Shown here piece after piece: positions 56,311 through 64,000 of a DNA stretch of 64,000 nt. The notes below the pieces were generated by a model. It ran no database searches and was not told the DNA's origin. It saw only the letters and a list, made by a program, of their open reading frames with translations. Each line of letters starts with the position of its first letter. The stretch's first letter is position 1. The translations under genes and the position numbers were made by a program. Source of the stretch: Flavobacteriales bacterium (GTDB lineage: Bacteria > Bacteroidota > Bacteroidia > JANQJC01). Location of the stretch: contig JANQJC010000100.1 of assembly GCA_028281825.1 (NCBI GenBank), positions 9,854 to 73,853 of the forward strand, read 5' to 3'.

Positions 56311-57266
56311 TTTCCTGAAATACTCTTCACCACTATATCATGGTAGCTGGGTAGTGCTTCGTAGCAGTAGTCCACTTTTATATTACTGTGGTAATCATAG
56401 GATACCCATAAAAAAGGCTTTCTATCAGTCTTAATGGTGTATTTAGTGTCCGTATCTGCTACCACATATTTAAGCGGGATATCCCTGTCATATTTGAACT
56501 GTTCTGGGTAGAGCAGGTGTCCTATGGTTGCAGTATCAAAGGGGTTAAAACCTTTTTTAGAACCCAGGAAAATCTTCCAAATTTTTCTCCAATCGTTTAG
56601 TTGACGATATAACCACCTATTACCAGGTATTTTATTGGCTTTGATTTTTTTAATGTCTTCCTTATTCAACCAGATGTATGATGATGCTTCATAACAGGAG
56701 AGCGTGGTTTTGATGTCTTTTTCAATCAAGAATTTAAAAGCTGCTGTATCCAACTCAAAGTTGTAGTCACTGATTTTTATCTTTCCCTTTCCAGGATTGA
56801 AAAGCATTTCAGGCCTACGTCCTGCGCAGTAAACTACTTCAATAATCTGTTTTTCCAACTCAGGATGAAGCATCAATACAGTTGCCAGGTTGGTGGCTGG
56901 TCCTAATACCGCAATCGACATTTTATCTTTTCTCAAGGCTTCGGCAAGTGCCTTTGTAGCATCATTTTCCTTACCTAATTCGGCCTCTGTTTTGGCGCCT
57001 TTATACACAGGAATTGCCTTTCCTGAATTGTACCATCCAAGCATTTTTTGCGTGATTTTGTATCCATGGTCAACCCTATGGGTTAGGGTAATACCCACTA
57101 TCTCCACACCTTCACAACGCAGTGCCATGAGCAGCGCAAGCCCATCATCTACATCTCTCCCCAATGGACCAATCATAATATCGGTATCAATCCAAATCTT
57201 TCTTTTTTCAGCATCTGCTGAAGCAAAAGTGAGGGTAAGCACAAAAAGTAGCAATAACTTTCTCAT
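56307..57266 (-). CDS. Inosine/uridine-preferring nucleoside hydrolase family, with signal peptide
   Basis: IWIDTD.......DVDDGLAL, LGPATNLA, YNFELD, FNPFD; N-terminal MRKLLLLFVLTLTFASADA. Confidence 0.85.
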   Translation of the reverse strand: MRKLLLLFVLTLTFASADAEKRKIWIDTDIMIGPLGRDVDDGLALLMALRCEGVEIVGITLTHRVDHGYKITQKMLGWYNSGKAIPVYKGAKTEAELGKENDATKALAEALRKDKMSIAVLGPATNLATVLMLHPELEKQIIEVVYCAGRRPEMLFNPGKGKIKISDYNFELDTAAFKFLIEKDIKTTLSCYEASSYIWLNKEDIKKIKANKIPGNRWLYRQLNDWRKIWKIFLGSKKGFNPFDTATIGHLLYPEQFKYDRDIPLKYVVADTDTKYTIKTDRKPFLWVSYDYHSNIKVDYCYEALPSYHDIVVKSISGN

Positions 57267-58300
57267 AGCACTTTTGAAAATCGGGGTTCCAACAATAGGT
57301 TGTGAGCCTCTTGCAATAACCCCTTTTTCCTCTCTAGGTTAATTGACATGGGTAGCTGCGCTAAGCCAATAATTCGTCTCATTATCTCAATGCCTATAAA
57401 CTGATTGAGTAAATGACCATCCAATTCTGCGCTGTGCTCATAAAGGTCAATCACTCGTGCTTGAATTTCTTCTGATTGTTCAGCCATTTTAAGGTGTGCC
57501 AGCATCACCCCTAGTTCAAACTCCCGTAGCCCTGAAAAACTAAACTCGGGGTCTATCACTTTTATACCTTGTGTAGTCCTTAACCAACTACCTGGATAGT
57601 AATCGCCATGCAATAGGTAGTCACCGTCGGCCAAGTATTTTTCACCTAATGTTTTGGCGACTTCCTTCAGGTGTCCATCAGTTTTGTATGTCATTGCAAC
57701 TTCTTGCAAGCCATTCTCGATGTCATCCAGGTTAAGGCCATTTTCTTCCAAAAAAGGATAAACAAAAATATGCTCGTGGTTAAGTTGTCTCATGGAAGAG
57801 TTTTGTAATCCCTTCCCCGTGAAGTTTCCATGGAGTGCATTTAAAAAAACCATCAAGGCTTCCAGTTCATTTTTGTTTAATGCCTTATCTGACGCATACA
57901 GGTCTGTGTAATCGCTTGATACACCCAAGTCCTCGAATACCAACAAGAAAGAACTGGGGTCTTTTCCCAATACTTCAGGAGTTAATTGTTTCAGTTTTTC
58001 ATGGTTGGAAATGATATCGTAAAACTCTCCTTCAATAATTGACCGCTCAACTGGAGCATCTATTTGAGGATACTTCTCTACCCAGGGACGTGCCTGTTTG
58101 ATAATAAAAGTCCTGTCTTTGGCTTGCACCCTCAGGGTAAGGTTCATATTACCTTCACCAGCTTTTTCCAATGAAGTAATTCCTTCATCCAGCCCTAACC
58201 AATTGTGATTGCGCAAATAATTCTCAACATCTGCGATTTCTTCTGCGTCAAGAAAGTAAGCATTGGAATGCTCTTTTTTAAATCGTTCCTCCAGTGTCAT
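57263..58300 (-). CDS. 5-methylthioribose kinase-like phosphotransferase (APH/choline-kinase fold)
   Basis: GEGNMNLTLRV, IIKQARPW, FEDLG, LLHGDYYPGS, VIDPEF.F.G; start 58300 preferred. Confidence 0.78.
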   Translation of the reverse strand: MTLEERFKKEHSNAYFLDAEEIADVENYLRNHNWLGLDEGITSLEKAGEGNMNLTLRVQAKDRTFIIKQARPWVEKYPQIDAPVERSIIEGEFYDIISNHEKLKQLTPEVLGKDPSSFLLVFEDLGVSSDYTDLYASDKALNKNELEALMVFLNALHGNFTGKGLQNSSMRQLNHEHIFVYPFLEENGLNLDDIENGLQEVAMTYKTDGHLKEVAKTLGEKYLADGDYLLHGDYYPGSWLRTTQGIKVIDPEFSFSGLREFELGVMLAHLKMAEQSEEIQARVIDLYEHSAELDGHLLNQFIGIEIMRRIIGLAQLPMSINLERKKGLLQEAHNLLLEPRFSKVL

Positions 58301-58347
58301 GGACTTTGGTTTTCGCCCTGCCAAGATAATGCATGGAACAAAAATGT

Positions 58348-58383
58348 AAAAAAAGCCCCGCCATTTTTTCAACGACGGGGCTC
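58348..58383 (-). terminator. Intrinsic terminator after the 58402-58845 gene
   Basis: AGCCCCG...CGGGGCT stem preceded by an A-run (U-tail on the minus strand). Confidence 0.75.
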
Positions 58384-58401
58384 TTAAAATAGATTAAAGC
58401 T

Positions 58402-58845
58402 TTATCGTTTAAAGATATATCTGGTGATGAAAATCCCATTTCCATCTTTATCACCAGCGTCACTTTCTACGCCACTTGCTACAAAAGCCAATGTCCATCC
58501 TTCTGATGCTAATTGATTAATTTTTGAAGTAATTACAGCATCATTTGAAGCAATGTTTTTCATGTTGATGCCTACCAGGCTGTAAAAGTTCAAAAGCATG
58601 GTTTCTTCATAGTCATCAATCTTTACCTCTTTTCTTGATGCCTTCTTTTTTGATTTCCCATCTTCAGTATTTTCTCGGCTTAGGGCGGCTGCATCTTGTG
58701 TTTCTTTGGGCATCAAAATTCTTGAGCGGCCAAGCCCACCTGGCACGATAGACTCAAAGCTGGTTACAACTAGATACTCTTCCTGGGCATAGGATTGGGT
58801 TGCAAATGCCATTAAAGCAATTGCTGCAATGAATAATTTTTTCAT
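58402..58845 (-). CDS. Secreted conserved hypothetical protein
   Basis: Signal MKKLFIAAIALMAFATQSYA-Q; ESIVPGGLGRSR, LLNFYS..GIN..NIASNDA, GW.L, GIFITRYIFKR. Confidence 0.8.
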   Translation of the reverse strand: MKKLFIAAIALMAFATQSYAQEEYLVVTSFESIVPGGLGRSRILMPKETQDAAALSRENTEDGKSKKKASRKEVKIDDYEETMLLNFYSLVGINMKNIASNDAVITSKINQLASEGWTLAFVASGVESDAGDKDGNGIFITRYIFKR

Positions 58846-58972
58846 ATTGATTTTGGTTTGATAAATAACTGGGGCAAAGTAAAGCAAATCTTGGGCCAAT
58901 AAGGTTAACTAAAGTCAATAGATTTTCAGAATAATTGTTTTGTCCTAAATTTGAGACAACCAAGTCAAAGTA

Positions 58973-59431
58973 ATGAGTAAAAGATTTCGTTCAAGAGTAA
59001 GTGTAATGCTAGTAGCCTTTCTTGTAGTAGTTACTTTATTGACGCTCATTTTACCTATAAAGACTGGTCAAACTCCGGCACTTGCGGTTGGGCTAGGTGG
59101 GTTGGGAGCGGCTCTACTTATCATTTTTGGTATCAGTTATGAGATAAATGATAATGATTTGGTGATTAGAATAGTTGGCATTAAATACTTTAGTGTTGCT
59201 ATCACCGAAATTGAATCTATCAAGCGCTCCTATATTTTGCTTTCATCACCAGCAGCCTCATTAAAGAGGCTAAGATGTAACATTAAAGGCCGCAAAATAT
59301 TTTCATACGTATTGATATCTCCCGTGGATGAAGAAGAATTTTTGGAACTAATCAAGCGGCGCAATCCCAATGTCAAGTTAGACGTTACCAATGCCAAAGG
59401 CGCCTGGCGCTTCTGGGACTGGGATATTTAA
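58973..59431 (+). CDS. Membrane protein with bacterial PH-like domain
   Basis: Two N-terminal TMs; I.SIKR....LSSPAASLKRL and VLISP.DEEEF; TAAATTTG -7 element at 58946-58953. Confidence 0.75.
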   Translation: MSKRFRSRVSVMLVAFLVVVTLLTLILPIKTGQTPALAVGLGGLGAALLIIFGISYEINDNDLVIRIVGIKYFSVAITEIESIKRSYILLSSPAASLKRLRCNIKGRKIFSYVLISPVDEEEFLELIKRRNPNVKLDVTNAKGAWRFWDWDI

Positions 59432-59438
59432 ACCAAGA

Positions 59439-60911
59439 TTATTCTTTGTCCTCTTTCTTACTTTCCACTTTTGGTGCATCAGGGCATCCGCTGTGCTTGG
59501 CTTGTCCTGGTTCTTCTGGGCATTTGTCAGCTTTGTTCAGGATGCCATCACCATCAAGGTCACCGCGTGGACCTTTATCCCTTGCTTCTTTTCTGCCAAA
59601 TACTAAATTGATACCTGTACGGAGGTGTATATTTTGAGTGTGCTGTGGAACAAACATGCCCATTACATTATCACTTATCATATACCATTGCACGGCTCCA
59701 AAGTTGAATAACATGCCAGCACCTATGTTATTGGTAGTGCCGTTGATGATTGAATAACTGGCAGTAAGGTTTATTACATTACCCAGTTGCTGCATGATTG
59801 AAGCAGATAGTGAAGGGTACATCTTTCCTTTGAAAACTTCTCCATATGCGGTTAGGTGCAAGTCACTGGTATTGGTAAAACGCCACGTGCCACCAATATA
59901 AAACTTAGGGTTCAGCTTCGTAGAATAGGCAGTTGAACTTTCTTGCAAATCAAATGCTTCACCCAAAGAATCAACCAGTTCTTTCATATAATCCACAGAA
60001 TCTTCCTGATTCATAAATTCTGTAACATCAATACCAGCGAAAGTAAATTCTGCACCTTCAGTCGAGTAGTTTTTAACCTGATTTTTCCAGTTTATTTTAC
60101 CTAAATCGGTGGCACTAGCATGTACTGTAAAATTTTCATTAATATCCCACTGGGCACCCAAGTCAATCGCAAAACCATTATTAGCAGAACTCATCAGGTA
60201 ATTGCCAGCGTTAAAGCTTTCACCATCTATCAGGTTGGCAATACCAGCTGTATTGGCTTTAATATCAGCTTTAGCAGTCAAATCAAAAGTGTTGGCATCC
60301 GTGTATAAGCTAATGTCTGTTTTCTCAGTACTTGCATTGGCTAGGCCTTGCAAATATTTGGCCCTTACACCAAAGGTTAGTTGGTCCATAAAGGTTCTTG
60401 AATAACCAACACCCCACTCCCTGTAATGGGTTACGTCAACATTTATCCTTGAGAAATCTGCTGTCTGTCCTAAGAATTCAGCATTACCTTTAAACAGAAA
60501 GCGAAACAAGTCTTTTGGGTAAGTTTGCTGGTAGATTACCTTTTCCGTAGCATTAAAAGAAAAGTGGTTTTTTCCAACCCTGAAACCGAAATTCACTAAA
60601 TCCATATTTAACCTGAATGACATATAATTGCTGGCTTTCATTTGTGATAGGGCATTTTCAATGTCAACCATTAATGAGTCGTCATCTCTTTTCCTTATCA
60701 AATCGCTGTATGCAAAGCCAGTATGTGTAAAAGAAAGGCTTGTGGAACCTAAGCCTGGTATTCCAACATACCATTTAGCATCAGGTGTTTTGGCTGGGTT
60801 AGCATAACTTGCCTGTGGCAATGACGAAAAAGTAGTGCTTATCAACTCTTGTGCAGCAGCCGGAAGACTAAACACAAATGATAAGGCTACTATGGCTGTT
60901 AAATTTTTCAT
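59439..60911 (-). CDS. DUF5723-type outer-membrane barrel with C-terminal thrombospondin type-3-like repeat
   Basis: Signal AAA-Q; NPA, G.R.KYLQG, GFAIDLG, SATDLG.INW, GINLVFG; DLDGDGILNKADKCP...GCPD. Confidence 0.75.
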   Translation of the reverse strand: MKNLTAIVALSFVFSLPAAAQELISTTFSSLPQASYANPAKTPDAKWYVGIPGLGSTSLSFTHTGFAYSDLIRKRDDDSLMVDIENALSQMKASNYMSFRLNMDLVNFGFRVGKNHFSFNATEKVIYQQTYPKDLFRFLFKGNAEFLGQTADFSRINVDVTHYREWGVGYSRTFMDQLTFGVRAKYLQGLANASTEKTDISLYTDANTFDLTAKADIKANTAGIANLIDGESFNAGNYLMSSANNGFAIDLGAQWDINENFTVHASATDLGKINWKNQVKNYSTEGAEFTFAGIDVTEFMNQEDSVDYMKELVDSLGEAFDLQESSTAYSTKLNPKFYIGGTWRFTNTSDLHLTAYGEVFKGKMYPSLSASIMQQLGNVINLTASYSIINGTTNNIGAGMLFNFGAVQWYMISDNVMGMFVPQHTQNIHLRTGINLVFGRKEARDKGPRGDLDGDGILNKADKCPEEPGQAKHSGCPDAPKVESKKEDKE

Positions 60912-60942
60912 CTTCTTTCAGTTTATCGGTTTCCTTGAAGAA

Positions 60943-62556
60943 TTACAGGCTAATGTTCAACTTGGTTTGTGCTCCAACTCTCACGTCAAGAGTGTAGTCA
61001 GAATAGATTTTAACCGGGGTTGAGCCTTGCTGTGATGTAGACAAATCACCACGGATAATCACCTTTTCCACCTGGCGGATGTTAGCAATTCTTTCAGTGT
61101 CCATAAATACATCAGTTACCTTTTTGCTAGGTTGACTAACCCTACCGTTAGACCCAAGAACCCCTGAACTGATGATAGAAGTATTGCCGATAATAAGGCT
61201 ATCCAATACGTTGTGGTAGGCATCAGTAAAGTATAGCTGTACCTTGGCATCAATTGGGAAACCATTTTCAATATCTAACCTAAACATGGCTTCTTCAATC
61301 ATATTGATATCTTGCTTAAAATTGAAACCCAAAGTGTCTTGTATCACTAGGTTGCTCACAGCACCATGTAGGGGAAGTTCCATTTCTATTTCCACGTCCA
61401 CCTTGCTTGAGTCGGTTGCAAAGTTGTTACTGGTTTGCCCATTAGGATTACCTAAACCATTCATTTGGTAGATAATTTGATGCGGCTTACTGTTCAATAT
61501 TTCAGCAATGTTGCTGTTGTTTCTATCCAGATATATTTCAGTAGTTACTGACTCACCAATTTGACTCATGTTTGGGCTATTCACATTCAACTGTCCCGGA
61601 ATATTTGGACCGTTAAATGCAATAGTTCCTGAATTGGAGATGGCATCAAACTGAACAACTTCTGCTGCCACCGGCATACCAAATGAGTTGTGAATAATTA
61701 AATTAAACCTAGGGTCTTCAAGCGTAAAGTTGCCAGCTATTGAGTTGTTAAACAGGTTAACATCAATGCTATCGGCAGGGATTTCCATATTATGTTGACC
61801 CAAGTATCCAAACAGGGCTGAAAACTTCAGGTCATTAAAACTGATAAGAAGATTAACGGCATCAGTTGGTAGCACAGTATTACCAGAATTTTCAAGTGCT
61901 AATTCATATTGTATTTCAATCTCATTGCCACCGCCTTGTGCTTCCATTTCCATCTGATAACCAGACAGGTAAGCCGATTGCTCAACAGTCAAAGGCACTG
62001 AGCCAGTATAATTTAGGGGTATCACCATCCTAAAGGGAGTGCCCACTTTCTTTACTTTAGGTAAAATGATGGTAAGGGTGCCACTTTGCTGAAATTGGGA
62101 AGATAGGTTTACCTGTACAGCTCCTGACTTAATGTTCATTGAGGTGATTTCAGCTTCTCCGCCAGTATCAAACTGAAAGTTATCGACCCTATCTGCCTGA
62201 ACTGAACCATTTGTAATAAGTGCAGCTTGTTCTGTGGCATCTAATTGTATACTTTTTGGCAAAGCTTGATTGGGTATGTCCACCAATTCTCCCACTTCCA
62301 TGGTATATATCTTGCTTTTGTAGTAAAGGCTGATAAAGTTGTTTTCATCAACTTGCACTAAGTCTTCATTGTCATACTCAGCAATCATGTTTTCCATGTT
62401 TAAGCTTGAGTTTACCAAGGGAGCAGCCAGGCTGGGATTCCAATTCCCATCAGCTACATTATCCATATCAAAGTAATCCTTAGTGCATGAGTTCAGCGTC
62501 AATGTGGCAATGACAGCAAGTGCCGTATATTTCAAGTATGTCTTATAATTTGGCAT
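60943..62556 (-). CDS. Large lipoprotein, hypothetical
   Basis: Lipobox LNSC; W.PSLAAPL motif; beta-rich; co-oriented upstream of the DUF5723 gene. Confidence 0.75.
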   Translation of the reverse strand: MPNYKTYLKYTALAVIATLTLNSCTKDYFDMDNVADGNWNPSLAAPLVNSSLNMENMIAEYDNEDLVQVDENNFISLYYKSKIYTMEVGELVDIPNQALPKSIQLDATEQAALITNGSVQADRVDNFQFDTGGEAEITSMNIKSGAVQVNLSSQFQQSGTLTIILPKVKKVGTPFRMVIPLNYTGSVPLTVEQSAYLSGYQMEMEAQGGGNEIEIQYELALENSGNTVLPTDAVNLLISFNDLKFSALFGYLGQHNMEIPADSIDVNLFNNSIAGNFTLEDPRFNLIIHNSFGMPVAAEVVQFDAISNSGTIAFNGPNIPGQLNVNSPNMSQIGESVTTEIYLDRNNSNIAEILNSKPHQIIYQMNGLGNPNGQTSNNFATDSSKVDVEIEMELPLHGAVSNLVIQDTLGFNFKQDINMIEEAMFRLDIENGFPIDAKVQLYFTDAYHNVLDSLIIGNTSIISSGVLGSNGRVSQPSKKVTDVFMDTERIANIRQVEKVIIRGDLSTSQQGSTPVKIYSDYTLDVRVGAQTKLNISL

Positions 62557-62631
62557 ATCCAAGAGTTTTGGTATGCCTTAAGGAACGGGATGTGCTACTG
62601 CTAGTTAAGTCGTTTATCGAAAGAGGATAAA

Positions 62632-64000
62632 CTACTCAATCGGGTAAATGGTGATGATATTGTCCCCTGTGCCTGTTGCCAAGGTTAATGGTTGCTTGGA
62701 ATTAATCACAGAAATATCAAATGGGGTATTACCTTGAATTGGAAACCCACCAACCAGTGTGCCGTCCGCATTGTAAAGGAATATCTCATTAGTCAAATCA
62801 GATACTACTCCTATTTTCCAAGAGCCATCTGCGTAGCGGAAGAATTGGGGCCCATACTTTATTTGGTCATCAAACCTTATTTTGTAATCAAGTGTCCTGT
62901 CTTCTTTAAACACACTTAGTTGGTTCAAATCAAAAAAGATGTATTCAGGTTTATTATCGCCTGCAAAATCCAGCACCTTGAAATAATGTTTGCCCGTAAA
63001 TTCTTGCAGTTTAAAAGTCTCTACCTTGCCAGTAAATGATATTTGATAAATTTTACCAGTGGTATCTGTAGCTATAATATCTGATGTTTTTGGATCAGAA
63101 GTTTTCCAGATACTCAACTGATTATTGGGCGAGAAGTCTATATTATCATTGAATTTCATTCGGGTTTTTCCACGCCTATCAACGCCATATAACCTACCAT
63201 CCACATCATAATTTACTATGTAATCCTTCCCTTTAATCAGTACATGTTGAAATGGGTGAATAAATGTAGCTTTAGCCTTTTTGAATTTCCAACCTCTAAC
63301 TTCCTTTCCCGTCTTGTTATAATTGTACACCTCAAGGTCTTCACACCCTATCACAAAGCGATAGTCCTTATTCTTTACATAATCAAAAACTGCAACGGGG
63401 CAGGTTGCTGGTGACTTCAGTTTAACAGGGAAATTTTCCACATCGTCCCCATTCCTATCAACCAGGTATAGGTAGTTTTTGGTGTTAAAGAATAGCTGGA
63501 ATTTGTTGTTTTTATACACATCCACTTGATGCACTTCGCCCATGATTTTCTCTGGGAGCTTCTTGCTCCATAACACCTGTCCAGTATTATTCAATAAGTA
63601 TATAGTGTTCCCATCATCTTGAATGAAAATCTCATTTTCATCTGAGTAGTGATTTACGAAAATAGTAGGTGCCACGCTAAAAGTGGTATCCAATCTGGCT
63701 TCAAGTGAAGACGATGCGCTTGCCTCTCTGGAAGGGTTGTATTTGATATATGCGTTATTGTAGAAAGAACCCGTATTCGCGCTTATTTGAATAGAAAGTG
63801 CTTCAAAATTATGGAACAGGTCTTTTTGCTCATCCAACAAATCAGTGGCACTTTGGTTGGTATATGATTTATAGATGTTCTTAGACTTACTGAAGTTGGA
63901 ATAAAGAAAGATATTGAACTGGTCAGAGAGATTTTCAGAAAAGTCAGCGTAGTATAAATCCTTGTTGAGTGTTTTATCAGAAAGGTAGCTATTGATGAAT
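62632..64000 (-). CDS. 3' part of a large protein with a C-terminal beta-propeller (DUF3352-associated type); truncated by the window edge
   Basis: Frame stays open from 63840 to the window end (...FINSYLSDKTLNKDLYYADFSENL...); QVDVYKNNKFQLFFNT, LVDRNG.DVENFP, FDY..NKDYR, GFPIQG. Confidence 0.75.
   Translation of the reverse strand, partial: FINSYLSDKTLNKDLYYADFSENLSDQFNIFLYSNFSKSKNIYKSYTNQSATDLLDEQKDLFHNFEALSIQISANTGSFYNNAYIKYNPSREASASSSLEARLDTTFSVAPTIFVNHYSDENEIFIQDDGNTIYLLNNTGQVLWSKKLPEKIMGEVHQVDVYKNNKFQLFFNTKNYLYLVDRNGDDVENFPVKLKSPATCPVAVFDYVKNKDYRFVIGCEDLEVYNYNKTGKEVRGWKFKKAKATFIHPFQHVLIKGKDYIVNYDVDGRLYGVDRRGKTRMKFNDNIDFSPNNQLSIWKTSDPKTSDIIATDTTGKIYQISFTGKVETFKLQEFTGKHYFKVLDFAGDNKPEYIFFDLNQLSVFKEDRTLDYKIRFDDQIKYGPQFFRYADGSWKIGVVSDLTNEIFLYNADGTLVGGFPIQGNTPFDISVINSKQPLTLATGTGDNIITIYPIE

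Overview
64 kb of a Bacteroidota (Flavobacteriia-like, gliding/T9SS-positive) chromosome. Most of it is core genes: gldD, recQ, tatC, lptB, purS, pssA, lnt, lpdA, hemH, pabB, tilS, a VUT/YhhQ transporter and dsbD, plus several T9SS cargo proteins and a PorV-like/C25 peptidase pair. No rRNA, tRNA, CRISPR, transposase or integrase was recognised. Three accessory systems stand out. (1) A ~6.6 kb polymorphic-toxin island between lptB and purS with an unusual carrier. Two paralogous Sec-signal, transglutaminase-like (C-H-E) proteins open it. The second has no YD/RHS shell but carries the RHS autoproteolysis tail fused to an Ntox10-like tip. A double-domain Imm27-like gene and three degenerate orphan toxin-tip/immunity modules follow (NucA/NucB DNase + SUKH/Tdi1-like; HNH/EndoVII-like + SuFu; unknown tip + lipoprotein). 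(2) Two paralogous four-helix-bundle (23S-IVS/Avd-like) genes sit at gene junctions of an aldehyde-dehydrogenase/GMC operon. Each is bracketed by inverted arrays of an 8-bp repeat, like a small self-pairing intervening element. (3) A convergent glycosylation cluster: GT2/DUF2304/GMC/SDR facing a TMTC-like GT-C and a carbamoyltransferase. All family assignments come from motif recognition by eye; no database searches were run.
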